Assembly (NCBI GenBank): GCA_963807845.1
Contig: CAWEDS010000001.1
Coordinates: 32,368 to 96,367 of the forward strand
Length of the DNA: 64,000 bases
Reading direction: 5' to 3'
Source of the DNA: an uncultured Gammaproteobacteria bacterium
GTDB lineage: Bacteria; Pseudomonadota; Gammaproteobacteria; Steroidobacterales; Woeseiaceae
Within the stretch, counting starts at the first letter, position 1. Each line of letters starts with the position of its first letter. Position numbers and translations under genes: made by a program. Below the pieces are notes generated by a model. The model had not been told where the DNA came from and searched no databases. It saw only the letters and a program-made list of their open reading frames with translations. Shown in pieces: positions 10,082 to 20,143 of the stretch.

Positions 10082-10603
10082 ATGCGACACGCAATATCAG
10101 TCCTTTTGCAAAACGAGGTCGGCGCACTGACGCGCATGACCGGCATGTTCTCGTCCCGCGGTTACAACATCGAAACGCTGAACGTGGCACCGACCTACGA
10201 CCCACGCGTATCGCGAGCGACGCTGGTCGTTTCGGGGTCGGATGCGGCGATCGCGCAACTGAACGCGCAGCTCGCAAAGCTCGTCGATGTCGTCAACATC
10301 CACGACATGACGCTGGGCGAACACTTCGAGCGTGAGCTCGCCATCGTCAAGATCAAACTGGGAACCGGTGGCCTCGCGAAGGCGATGTCGCTCGCCAAGC
10401 GCGTCGGTGCAGAGATGCTCGACGAGGCGCAGGTAAGCTGCACGATGCAACTGACCGGCCGGGTCAGTGAAGTCGACGAGTTCGTGAAGGAAGCGGCGAA
10501 GGTCGGCGAGATATCCGCGGTGGCCCGCAGCGGCACGGTGGCGGTTTCCAAGGGCGAAGTCACGCTGACATCGTTCGACCGGCAACACCTGCTTGCCGGC
10601 TAG
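10082..10603 (+). CDS. ilvH: acetolactate synthase small regulatory subunit (ilvH/ilvN type)
   Basis: 173 aa. N-terminal ACT domain HAISVLLQNEVGALTRMTGMFSSRGYNIETLNVAPT plus the C-terminal small-subunit domain. Confidence 0.85.
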   Translation: MRHAISVLLQNEVGALTRMTGMFSSRGYNIETLNVAPTYDPRVSRATLVVSGSDAAIAQLNAQLAKLVDVVNIHDMTLGEHFERELAIVKIKLGTGGLAKAMSLAKRVGAEMLDEAQVSCTMQLTGRVSEVDEFVKEAAKVGEISAVARSGTVAVSKGEVTLTSFDRQHLLAG

Positions 10604-10634
10604 CACCCGACACAACCAGGTGACCCACAAGCTA

Positions 10635-11762
10635 ATGCCCGCGCTCGCGCTTTCCGACTACCGCCGACTGATCGTCAAGGTCGGTTCGTCGTTGCTGATC
10701 GATCCGACGGGGCGACTTGACCTTGGCTGGCTGACGTCACTGGCCGACGATATCGCATCGTTGCGCGCGAAAGGGCATGAAATGCTCATCGTTTCTTCGG
10801 GCGCCATTGCGATCGGCAGCACCGTGCTGGGCATCTCCAAAAAGCGTGCGCGTCTCGAAGACCTGCAGGCGGCGGCCGCGGCGGGGCAGGTGCAACTGGT
10901 GCACGCCTACCAGGAGGCGTTTCGGAAACACGGCATCGCCGCAGCGCAGGTATTGCTGACTCCGGACGACACCGAAGATCGCCGTCGTTTTCTCAATGCG
11001 CGCGGCACGCTGGGGCGGCTGCTCGATCATTCCGTGATACCGATCATCAACGAGAATGACACCGTGGCGACCGAAGAGATCCGCTATGGCGACAATGATC
11101 GTCTCGCTGCCAGGGTCGCACAGCTGGTTATGGCCGACGCGCTGGTCTTGTTATCCGATGTCGACGGTTTCTACACCGCCGATCCGGGTACGGATGCGTC
11201 AGCGGAACATATCCCCGAAGTCACGGCGATCAGCAAGGAGATGCTGGCGATGGCGAGAGAAACGCGCTCGGACATTGGCAGCGGCGGCATGGCGACCAAG
11301 GTCCAGGCAGCGCGTATCGCGACACATGCGGGGTGCTCGACCATTATTGCGAGCGGCAAGATCGAACACCCGCTGCGAGCGCTGGCCGCGGGCGCCCGGC
11401 ACACGGTGTTTCGCGCGCAGGGCACGCCGGCATCGGCGCGCAAGCAATGGCTGGCCGGCGTGCTCGAGGTGGGCGGGAAGGTGCGCATTGATGACGGCGC
11501 GGCAGCGGCGCTCAAGAGTGGCAAAAGTCTGTTGCCCGTCGGTGTCGTCGAGATTTTCGGACAGTTCAAGCGCGGCGATGTCGTTACGGTCGTGGGCCCC
11601 GACGGCGCCGAACTCGGGCGCGGCCTGGCGGAGTATTCGGATATCGATGCGCTGCGTCTGCGCGGCTGTCAGTCCGAGCAGATTGAAGAGATACTGGGCT
11701 ACCGCGGACGTTCTGTAATGATTCATCGCGACGAATTGGTGCTTTTCGACAGTGAACGCTGA
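10635..11762 (+). CDS. proB: glutamate 5-kinase (with PUA domain)
   Basis: [40 protein letters not shown] and a C-terminal PUA-like KRGDVVTV. Start taken at Met 10635 within ORF 10593..11762. Confidence 0.9.
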   Translation: MPALALSDYRRLIVKVGSSLLIDPTGRLDLGWLTSLADDIASLRAKGHEMLIVSSGAIAIGSTVLGISKKRARLEDLQAAAAAGQVQLVHAYQEAFRKHGIAAAQVLLTPDDTEDRRRFLNARGTLGRLLDHSVIPIINENDTVATEEIRYGDNDRLAARVAQLVMADALVLLSDVDGFYTADPGTDASAEHIPEVTAISKEMLAMARETRSDIGSGGMATKVQAARIATHAGCSTIIASGKIEHPLRALAAGARHTVFRAQGTPASARKQWLAGVLEVGGKVRIDDGAAAALKSGKSLLPVGVVEIFGQFKRGDVVTVVGPDGAELGRGLAEYSDIDALRLRGCQSEQIEEILGYRGRSVMIHRDELVLFDSER

Positions 11763-13032
11763 CAACACGACGATGCCGGTTGCAGACATCATGGACGCGA
11801 TCGGGCGGGCGGCACGGCGCGCGGCCGCAATGCTCGCAACGACGAGTGGCGAGCAGCGCAATGCGGCACTCGAGGCCGCCGCAAGCGCTATCCGCAACGC
11901 TTCGCGGGACATCATCGACGCCAATGCCATCGATCGGCGCGAGGCCAGCGCGCGGTCTTTGAGCGCCGCGATGATGGACCGCCTGATGCTTGATGCAGAG
12001 CGCGTCGAGGCGATGGCGGCCGGTATGGAAAGTATTGTTCTGCTGCGCGATCCGGTCGGTCGCGTGCTGGAAGCCTGGGAGCGCCCGAACGGCCTGCACA
12101 TCGAGCGCGTGTCCGTGCCGCTCGGCGTAATCGGCATCATCTATGAGAGTCGGCCCAACGTCACGGCCGATGCCGCCGCGTTGTGCATCAAGTCCGGCAA
12201 TGCCGTGATCCTGCGCGGCGGTTCCGAAAGCTTTCACTCCAGCCAGGCGATCTATGCCTGCCTGCGCGAAGGTCTGGCCGTCGCCGGCATCGACGCGGAC
12301 GCCGTGCAGATGGTACCGACCACCGACCGCGCGGCGGTGGGTTACCTCTTGTCTTCGATGGCCGACTGGGTTGATGTCGTCGTGCCCCGCGGGGGCAAGA
12401 GCCTGATCAAGCGCGTGCAGGAGGAGGCACGTGTGCCGGTCATTGGCCATCTCGAAGGGATCTGCCACGTTTACCTGCACAACGAAGCCGACGTGGAGAT
12501 GGCGCGCCGCATCGTGGTGAACGCCAAGATGCGCCGCACGGGCATCTGCGGTGCGGCGGAAACCCTGCTGGTTGATAAAGACGCCGCCGCGACGCTGGTG
12601 CCGGTCGTGGTTGCCGCGCTGCAGGAGGCCGGATGCGAAGTTCGCGGCGACAGCAAGGTGCGTGCGCTGGCCGCCGATGTTAACGCGGCAAGCGAGGCGG
12701 ACTGGTCGACCGAATACCTGGACGCCATCGTATCCATGCGCGTCGTCGATGACATCGATCAGGCAATCGCGCACATCCGCCAGTACGGGTCGGGGCACAC
12801 CGAGAGCATCGTTACGGACAGCCCGACGGCGGCCGAGCAGTTCTTCCGCGAAGTCGACAGCGCCATCGTGCTGCACAACGCGTCAACACAGTTTGCCGAT
12901 GGCGGGGAGTTTGGTATGGGTGCGGAGATCGGTATCGCAACGGGTCGTATTCACGCGCGCGGCCCGGTGGGCGCGGACCAGTTGACCAGTTACAAGTACG
13001 TGGTTCGAGGCAGCGGCCAGGTGCGGCCCTGA
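11752..13032 (+). CDS. proA: glutamate-5-semialdehyde dehydrogenase (gamma-glutamyl phosphate reductase)
   Basis: Intact 426-aa ORF with [16 protein letters not shown] and [10 protein letters not shown]. It overlaps the proB stop, as expected for a proBA operon. Confidence 0.9.
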   Translation: MNADNTTMPVADIMDAIGRAARRAAAMLATTSGEQRNAALEAAASAIRNASRDIIDANAIDRREASARSLSAAMMDRLMLDAERVEAMAAGMESIVLLRDPVGRVLEAWERPNGLHIERVSVPLGVIGIIYESRPNVTADAAALCIKSGNAVILRGGSESFHSSQAIYACLREGLAVAGIDADAVQMVPTTDRAAVGYLLSSMADWVDVVVPRGGKSLIKRVQEEARVPVIGHLEGICHVYLHNEADVEMARRIVVNAKMRRTGICGAAETLLVDKDAAATLVPVVVAALQEAGCEVRGDSKVRALAADVNAASEADWSTEYLDAIVSMRVVDDIDQAIAHIRQYGSGHTESIVTDSPTAAEQFFREVDSAIVLHNASTQFADGGEFGMGAEIGIATGRIHARGPVGADQLTSYKYVVRGSGQVRP

Positions 13033-14655
13033 TGTCGGACGACAGTCGCCATTTCGATGTGGCCGTTATCGGCGCCGGCATCAACGGCGCCGGCATCGCG
13101 AGGGACGCGGCATTGCGCGGCCTGCGCGTCATTGTTTTCGACAAGAACGATATGTGTACCGGCTGCTCCTGGATTTCCAGCCGGCTGATACACGGCGGCC
13201 TTCGCTACCTCGAGTACGGCGAGATTCCGCTGGTCTACGAGTCGCTGCACGAGCGGCGCTGCCTGCGACGTACTGCGAAACACCTCGTCAAGCCACTGCG
13301 TATCTGTATCCCTATCTTCAGGGGCGCACGGCGCGGGCCGCTGCTGATTCGGCTGGGGATGACCCTGTACGATGTGTTGTCGTTTCGGAAAAAGCTGCCG
13401 TCCCATGAAATGCTGAGCAGCACCGCGATGCAGCAACGGGCACCGGGTCTGCGGCAAGAGGGCTTGAGAGCGGCTGCCTGTTACTTCGATGCGCAGGTGG
13501 CCTTTGCCGAGCGCCTGGTCCTCGAAAACCTCCTGTCCGCGCGAGCAGCCGGTGCCGAGATTCGGACGCATTGCGAAGTGACCGCCATCAAGATGCAAGA
13601 CGGCGAAGTGACTGGCGTGGTTTACGTGGACGAGGATGGCGCGACGACGCGGGAAGTATCGGTCGACACCGTCGTCAACGCAGCCGGTCCCTGGGTAGAC
13701 CGGGTGTTGCAGACTGCGCCGGTTCCGGCGAAACGCCTTATCGGCGGGACCAAGGGCAGTCATATCGTTGTCGGTATCTTCGATGGCGCGCCAGAGGACG
13801 CGTTTTACGTGGAGGCGGCCGCGGACGGCAGGCCGTTTTTCATTATTCCCTGGCACGGCCAGTTCCTGATCGGTACCACCGACATTCGTTACGAGGATGA
13901 TCTCGACACGATTCGGGCGAGCGACGCAGAGGTCGACTACCTGCTGGATGAAACGAATCGGGTATTTCCGTCGGCGAAGCTCAGCCGGGCGGACGTCCAC
14001 TACGCCTACGCCGGCGTTCGGCCGCTGCCGTTCCAGGAAGACGGGCCGGAGTCGGCTATTACCCGGCGCCACATCATCAAGGTCAACAAAAAGGTCGCTC
14101 GCGGCCTGATCTCTATCGTGGGCGGCAAACTGACGACGTATCGCAATCTCGCCGAGCAAACGGTCGATCGCATCGAAAAAATGCGCCGCTTAAGGCTCCT
14201 CGATTGCCGCACGCGCGACACATTGCTGCCGGGCGCCGCCGACCTGGCGCGTGCCGAGGAACGACTTCTGGAACTGCCGCAACTGGCGCGGCCGGGCGTC
14301 GAACGGATGCTCAGTATCTACGGTGGCCGTGCAACGGATCTGGTCGAGTCCTGCAGGGCCGATGAAGCGCTCTTTGGCGACCCTCGATGCGGCGGGCACC
14401 GTGTTACGCGGGGAAGTGCTGTTTGCGATACGCGAGGAGTTCGCAAGGTCACTCGCCGACATTGTGTATCGCCGCATGATGATTGGCCTGGATGCCGATC
14501 AGGGCAGGCCGCTGTATGCGGCGATCGCCGACATCGCGGCTCCCGAGTTCGGCTGGACAGAGGCAGAAAAAGCGCGCGAGCTCCAGCAGTTGGTGAGCTA
14601 CAGCGATTCGCTGCGGGTTTCCCCTGGCGGGTCGTCGCCGAAGCTCGGCCGGTAG
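13032..14655 (+). pseudogene. glpD: FAD-dependent glycerol-3-phosphate dehydrogenase, one frame break near 14380
   Basis: N-terminal FAD fold DVAVIGAGINGAGIARDAALRG and SSRLIHGGLRYLE. The C-terminal part continues in the frame of ORF 14251..14655 (VLRGEVLFAIREEFARSLADIVYRRMMIG). Confidence 0.75.
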
Positions 14656-16757
14656 CGCAGTTCAAGAAATAATTCGCGGCCCCGGCCGGGCAGGTATCGA
14701 TACTGTCCGAATGCGTAGTCGGCACGATCCGCCACCGCGTCGTCGAGCAGATTGTTTACGCGCGCCGTAACGCTCAGTCGCGAAGACAGGTCGATACGTC
14801 CGCGCAGGTTCAGCAGCGTATGGCCCGGATAGCGAAAACGGTTTTCGGCATCCAGGTAGTAGTCTCCGATCGACGTCCACTGCAGGGCGAACGCGGCCGT
14901 GTCGCCGGGCTCAAACCTGAGCTCGGCGCTGCCCAGCCAGCGCGGCGCGCTGTCCACATCATTGCCCGAAATAAACGCTTCCCCGCGTGCCGCGATCGTA
15001 TCGAAGTCGTAGCTGTGGCGCGCGAAACTGCCGTCGAGTTCAAGACGGAACGCGTCGGTCAGGTGAACATCGACCATGAGTTCGAGGCCGCGATGGCGGC
15101 TCTTGGCAGCGCTGACATTAAAGCCATCGGCATCGCGAAAAATACTGTCGCGTTTTTGCATCGCGAACGCGGCGGCCTCGCCCGACCAGCGAGGAAAATC
15201 CCAGCGTAATCCCAGTTCGAGGCTGTCGATGCTTTCGGAGTCGAGGTCGGCAACCTGCTGGCCGCTTTGCAGGCGGTACAGTTCTGTCGCCTGCGGTGCG
15301 CGAAAGCCGCGAGCAAGCGCGCCGAAAAACGCGACTTCGGGCTGCATCCGGAAGCTGAACGAAAACTTGGGCGCGATATTGGTGAAGGTGTCGCTGCGGC
15401 TTGCGGGCCTTGTGTAAAGGCAGCCGCCGAAGCCGCAGGCTGTGCCATCGTCGCGCGTATTACCGACCAGCATATTATTCGTGTAGTCGTAACGGACGTA
15501 TTCCAGCCGCAGGCCGGCGCCGAGCGTGAGGCGTTCACTCATAGCGAAATCGGCCTGCAGGTACGGTGCCAGGCCGATGCTTTGCACATCGAAGTCATAG
15601 TGTTTGCCCACCGGCCGCGTTTCGTTAAGAAACGCCGAACCCTCGGTTTCAGCGTCCTGCGTTTCCTCGAGAAATACATCGCTCCACTCGATGTCGACAC
15701 CCGTGACGAGCTGCCTTCTTTCCGTGCCGAACAGAAAGGCGGTGACCGCGCCAGCGCTGACGTGACCGTTTTCCTCGAGTGGCTGCCCCGGCAGGAAATG
15801 TTGCAGGAAGCGCATGTCGGAATGCCGCAGGTAGGGACGTATGTCGATGTCCACAGGGGTATCGCCGATCGTCGCGCTTGTTTTCAGTATGCCGTACAGC
15901 CGCTGGCTGGATGCCTTTCGAAACGCTTCCGGATTGAGATTGACGCGGTTCTGCGCGGGATCCTTGTAGGCGTCCTCGCCGAAGATGAACCCTGCGGTTT
16001 CCTGGTCGAGGTCGGTCGCGCTGAAGGCGGTGGTTAACTCCGCATTCCGGACATCCCAGTCCGCAGCGAGCTGCAGTTTTGCCTGCCGGTAACCCGATTC
16101 GTCCCGAAACCCGCCATCGTCAGCGTACAAAAAAGAGCCATAGATCGGTGCGACCGCGTCGCCCGAGAGGAAGGTGCGAAAGCGCATGAAGTCGTTCGAG
16201 CCGGTCTCGATCGACACGGTATTGTCCGGCCGCGCACCGCTGGCCGGCGTCAAGACGTTCACGATGCCGTGTATCGCATTGGAGCCGTACAGCGCACTGC
16301 CGGGGCCGCGAATAACCTCGACGCTGCTCGCCCATTCCGTCTGCATTTCGAACATCTGGTTCACATTGCAGAAGCCGGCCGGGCGAATCGCGATGCCGTC
16401 CTCGAGAAACAGGAAGTCACCGCAGGACCCGGGGCCGGTCAGCACGGGAGAGCGTATCGCGGTGAGGTGTTCCTGGCCGCTATTGCGGCTGAGCCACACG
16501 CCCGCAACGCGCGTCATCAACTCGTGGATGTGTTGATGACCAACCGACTCGATCGCGGCGGACCCGAGGATCGCGATATTGCCGGCGTGCTGCAGGCGCG
16601 GCTCGGCGCGTCGCCGGCTGGTAACAACGAGTTCCTCGATGGCGGTATCCACCTCGGGTCGAGGCGCTGGCTCGGCCTGCAGGGTCGCGCCTGGCGCCAT
16701 GCCGATAATCGCCAGCAGCAAGCCGGTCGTCATCCCTGACTGTCTTTCGGTCATCAA
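14598..16757 (-). CDS. TonB-dependent receptor
   Basis: Intact 719-aa ORF with a signal peptide, plug motifs (ELVVTSRR, VEVIRGPGSALYGSNAIHGIVNV) and a barrel ending ...FLELRYR followed by a ~19-aa tail that overlaps the glpD 3' end. Confidence 0.85.
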   Translation of the reverse strand: MMTERQSGMTTGLLLAIIGMAPGATLQAEPAPRPEVDTAIEELVVTSRRRAEPRLQHAGNIAILGSAAIESVGHQHIHELMTRVAGVWLSRNSGQEHLTAIRSPVLTGPGSCGDFLFLEDGIAIRPAGFCNVNQMFEMQTEWASSVEVIRGPGSALYGSNAIHGIVNVLTPASGARPDNTVSIETGSNDFMRFRTFLSGDAVAPIYGSFLYADDGGFRDESGYRQAKLQLAADWDVRNAELTTAFSATDLDQETAGFIFGEDAYKDPAQNRVNLNPEAFRKASSQRLYGILKTSATIGDTPVDIDIRPYLRHSDMRFLQHFLPGQPLEENGHVSAGAVTAFLFGTERRQLVTGVDIEWSDVFLEETQDAETEGSAFLNETRPVGKHYDFDVQSIGLAPYLQADFAMSERLTLGAGLRLEYVRYDYTNNMLVGNTRDDGTACGFGGCLYTRPASRSDTFTNIAPKFSFSFRMQPEVAFFGALARGFRAPQATELYRLQSGQQVADLDSESIDSLELGLRWDFPRWSGEAAAFAMQKRDSIFRDADGFNVSAAKSRHRGLELMVDVHLTDAFRLELDGSFARHSYDFDTIAARGEAFISGNDVDSAPRWLGSAELRFEPGDTAAFALQWTSIGDYYLDAENRFRYPGHTLLNLRGRIDLSSRLSVTARVNNLLDDAVADRADYAFGQYRYLPGRGRELFLELRYRPSFGDDPPGETRSESL

Positions 16758-16774
16758 TTTACCCTCTGAAGTTC

Positions 16775-16791
16775 GCGATCATTATAATCGC
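16775..16791. promoter_or_regulatory. AT-rich imperfect palindrome, weakly Fur-box-like, in the divergent receptor / patatin spacer
   Basis: gcgatcattataatcgc lies 18 nt upstream of the receptor start codon. The resemblance to GATAATGATAATCATTATC is only partial. Confidence 0.25.
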
Positions 16792-16939
16792 CTTCTCACG
16801 ACTGTATGTATTCCAACGAGTTTCTTCATGACGACTACGACACACGCCGGTCCGCGCCCCGTCGCCCTGCTATTGACGCTGGCGCTCATCAGCCTGCGGC
16901 AACAGCGTTGCCGAGCCATTGCAGGACACGGCAACGACG

Positions 16940-19078
16940 ATGAGTGATCGTCCGCGCATCGGGCTGGTGCTGGGCGGGGGCGGTGCCCGTGGTGCGGCCC
17001 ATATCGGCGTGCTGAAAGAGCTGGAGCGCCTGCGCATCCCGATTGACGTTATCGCGGGCACCAGCATGGGCGCGATCGTCGGCGGGCTCTACGCCAGCGG
17101 CATGACGGCCGCTGAGCTGGAGGAACTGGTCGGCTCGCTGGACTGGGCGGGCGCGGTGTCCGACAAGCCACAGCGCGAAGACCTGAGCTTTCGGCGCAAG
17201 CAGGACGACGCGGAGTTTCCGATCGACTTCGAGCTCGGTGTGCGCGGCACGGACCTGGTGCTGCCGAAAGGCGTGATCCAGGGCCAGAAGCTCGATCTGC
17301 TGCTGCGCGAACTGACCTTGCGGACCTCGCATATCGATGATTTTGACGATCTGCCGGTACCGTTTCGCGCGATCGCGTCGGACATTGAGCACGGCGAAGC
17401 CTACGTCATGGGCAGCGGTGATCTCGCCCGCTCGATTCGTGCCAGCATGTCGGTGCCCGGCGTATTCGCGCCGGTGCAGATCGACGATCGGCTGCTGGTG
17501 GACGGCGGGCTGATCGGCAATCTGCCGATCGACGTCATGCAGTCGCTGGGCGTCGACGTCATCATCGCGGTCGATGTCGAGTTTCCGCTGTACGTCCGAG
17601 ATGAACTGGAGTCGGCGCTGACGATTTCCGAGCAGATGCTGACGATCCTGATTCGCAAGGAGACCTTGCGGCAGATCGATCGCCTCGGGGAGCGCGATGT
17701 CCTGATCCGCCCCGAACTGGGTATCTACGGGTCGACGAATTTCTCGCAGATCCTCGACACCATCGAGCCCGGCGAGGCGGCAGCGCGGGCGCAGTCGGAG
17801 AAGTTGCAGGCGCTTGTCGTCGACGAGGCGACGCTATGCCGACTACGACGCGCGTCGGACTGCCTACTACGGCCGACGATACCCGCTGGCGTTTGTTCGG
17901 GTGGTGCACGAGGGCAGGCTGTCGCCGGCCGTGCTCGAGTCGCGCCTCAGCGTCAAAGCCGGGCGATCCGATCGACCCGCGGGTACTCGCCGCAAATGCG
18001 GACCGGCTTTACGGACTGCAGTTGTACGAGCACGTCGGCTACACGCTGGTCGAATGAGGATGGCGCGACCGGCGTCGAGTATCGCGCGACGACCAAGAGC
18101 TGGGGGCCGAATTTCCTGCAGTTCGGCGTGTCGCTCGAAGACGACTTCGAGGGCTCGACCGGCTTCAACCTGGCGGCGCGAATGACGCGCGCCGGTCTGA
18201 ACCGCCTGGGCGCGGAATGGCGCACCGATTTGCGGCTCGGTACCGATCCCCGGCTGTTCACCGAGTTTTACCAGCCACTGAGTTTCGATTCGCGCTGGTT
18301 TGTCGCGCCGCGCCTGGAGATGGGCCAGTCCAACCTCAACGTGTTCTCAATGAACGAGACGATCGCGCGGCTGCGGGTCTCCGAAGCCGAAACCGGGCTC
18401 GATTTCGGTCGTGAGCTCGGCACGTCCGGCGAATTCCGCGTCGGTGCATTTCGCGGCCTGGGCGAGGCGCGCGTAAAAGTCGGTGATCCGGCATTGCCGA
18501 ATATCGACTTCGATACCGGCGGCGCGTTCGCGAACCTGCGCTTCGATACGCTTGACAATGCGCAGTTTCCACGCAGCGGCACGCGCGCGGACCTGCGCTG
18601 GACCTTGTCGCGGCCCGGACTCGGCGCGGACACCGAATTCGACACGATCGCCGGTGAAGTGGCGTCAATCTGGAGTCGCGGCAAGAGCACGCTGCAGCTC
18701 GGTCTTGCTTACGCCACGACGCTCGAGTCGGACAATACCGTGCAGGACTATTTTCCGCTGGGCGGGTTTCTGCGCATGTCGGGTCTTGAGCGCGGCGAGA
18801 TCAGCGGGCCGCACGCGGCGCTGGCCAAGCTCGTGTACTACCGCCGAATAGGCAACACGACGGGCGGCATCCTGGACACGCCAATCTACTTCGGCGTGTC
18901 CCTCGAGGCCGGTAACGTCTGGCAATCACGATCCGATATGAGTGTCGACCAGCTGCGCGTCAATGGCAGTATTTTTACCGGCATCGATACGTTCATCGGG
19001 CCCGTGTATCTCGCCGCAGGTTTTGCGGAGCAGGGTCGCAACAATTTCTACCTGTTTATCGGCGAGCCGCCGCGCTAG
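16940..19078 (+). pseudogene. patatin-like phospholipase fused to POTRA and an Omp85-type beta-barrel (PlpD-like, type Vd autotransporter architecture); three frame changes
   Basis: GLVLGGGGARGAAHIGVL (oxyanion GGGxRG), GTSMG (GxSxG) and LVDGGL. POTRA-like sequence is found in the two other frames at 17835-18055 (ORFs 17814.. and 17836..). The barrel part runs from WGPNFLQFGVSLED to the end. Confidence 0.8.
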
Positions 19079-19452
19079 CGATCGACTTTTTCCAGTACCT
19101 GCGTGGGTGAATCGGTCGTGCGGTAGTAGCCGTGCCTGATCGCCATTTTTTCGAACGCCGCGTCTCGTTCCGCTGCACTCGGATACCAGTGCAGGCGTTC
19201 CCAGTCGTCGCCGACCACGTTGCGCAGCGTGTCGTTGGCCGGCAGCGTCACACGAATGCCGAAACGGCGCTCGCGGCCAGCGATGTCCGGATCGACAAGA
19301 TTGTGTTGATGGCAATAGTCCACGCAGAATTCCTCGGAAGTGTCTTCGACCGGCGGCAGTATACCGGAAGTGGGCCGGCCGGGATCAGCTCTGCTGCCCG
19401 CGATCGCCGGCGCCTTCGCGATCGGACCAGCCGAAACACTTGCGCGTGACAA
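19075..19452 (-). CDS. hypothetical protein
   Basis: 125-aa ORF whose C-terminal two thirds look protein-like (FCVDYCHQHNLVDPDI ... HWYPSAAERDAAFEKMAIRHGYYR). A possible real start is ATG 19470 in another frame. No family recognised. Confidence 0.4.
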   Translation of the reverse strand: MSRASVSAGPIAKAPAIAGSRADPGRPTSGILPPVEDTSEEFCVDYCHQHNLVDPDIAGRERRFGIRVTLPANDTLRNVVGDDWERLHWYPSAAERDAAFEKMAIRHGYYRTTDSPTQVLEKVDR

Positions 19453-19480
19453 ACAGGTAGACGGGCTTGAAAAACCCCAT

Positions 19481-20039
19481 CTACACGCGTGACAGGCCGG
19501 ACGGTTCGCTGAGTATGCGGAGCTCGCGCCGCGTCAGTTCATCCGGGCAGTAGGTGCGCTTGTGCTTTAGCAGGTGTCGAATGTCCTCGCGCGCCGCGAC
19601 CCGAAACAAGCGGTTCCTCTTTTTCGAACGCATGGCGAGCTGGAAATCGATGAACGCGGCGCGTGCCGTCGTCGCAGAGCAGCAGGTTCGGCTCCTTGGC
19701 GAGGTCGTTGTGAGCGACGCCCGCACGGTGCATGCGCCGCAGCAGGCGTGCCGCGCTCACGAAATACGATTTGTCGGCGGGCTTGCCCACATGCAGGGGG
19801 GACCCGCCGAGATAGCTGCGCGATAGCCGCTCCTTGTCGTAATGAATGAGCGCCGGCACGCCGTCCAGCCCGTCCAGTGCCGCAAGGCCGTCGGCTTCGC
19901 GCTTCAACAGCCAGCGCGCAAGCCATCGCAGCCACCAGCGTGCGGTGCGGGTATCGCGCAAGATCGACGGCTGTGGGCCGGTGTTGACCAGCCAGACCTC
20001 GCCAAACAGGTCCTTTTTTAACAGCCGCGGGTTGCTCAT
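19481..20039 (-). pseudogene. small protein-kinase-like protein (RIO / Kdo-kinase-like fold), one frame break near 19700
   Basis: MSNPRLLKKDLFGEVWLV..., a catalytic-loop-like HNDLAKEPNLL, then in the next frame (ORF 19481..19726) FIDFQLA (DFG-like) and the C-terminus. Confidence 0.5.
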
Positions 20040-20143
20040 GGGCTCAAGAATACCGTGACGGAGGTCGGGATTCGCGAAATCGTACTGGCGATACGGCGTG
20101 GAAGTGCACAAAATGGGCAGCCCTACAGGCAACGGAGCCAGCA

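Noticed and set aside
11584-12876. 430-aa ORF antisense to proA. Similar long antisense ORFs include 8055..8792, 12990..14159, 4155..5060, 37866..38981 and 39617..40708.
   Set aside because: These are typical high-GC shadow ORFs. Their translations are Arg/Ala/Gly/Pro/His-rich with no recognisable motif, and each fully overlaps a well-supported gene on the other strand.
14598-14655. 3' overlaps of convergent genes (glpD/receptor 58 nt, giant/LplT-PlsC 29 nt, lipoprotein/MscS ~60 nt) as possible antisense regulation.
   Set aside because: Most of these ends belong to frame-broken genes whose true stops are uncertain, so the overlaps may be artefacts of read-through in the wrong frame.
19075-19470. 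Assignment of the 125-aa ORF to DUF3579.
   Set aside because: My recollection of DUF3579 (FRPSDWAERL-type N-terminus) does not match the confident part of this protein. It is left as hypothetical.
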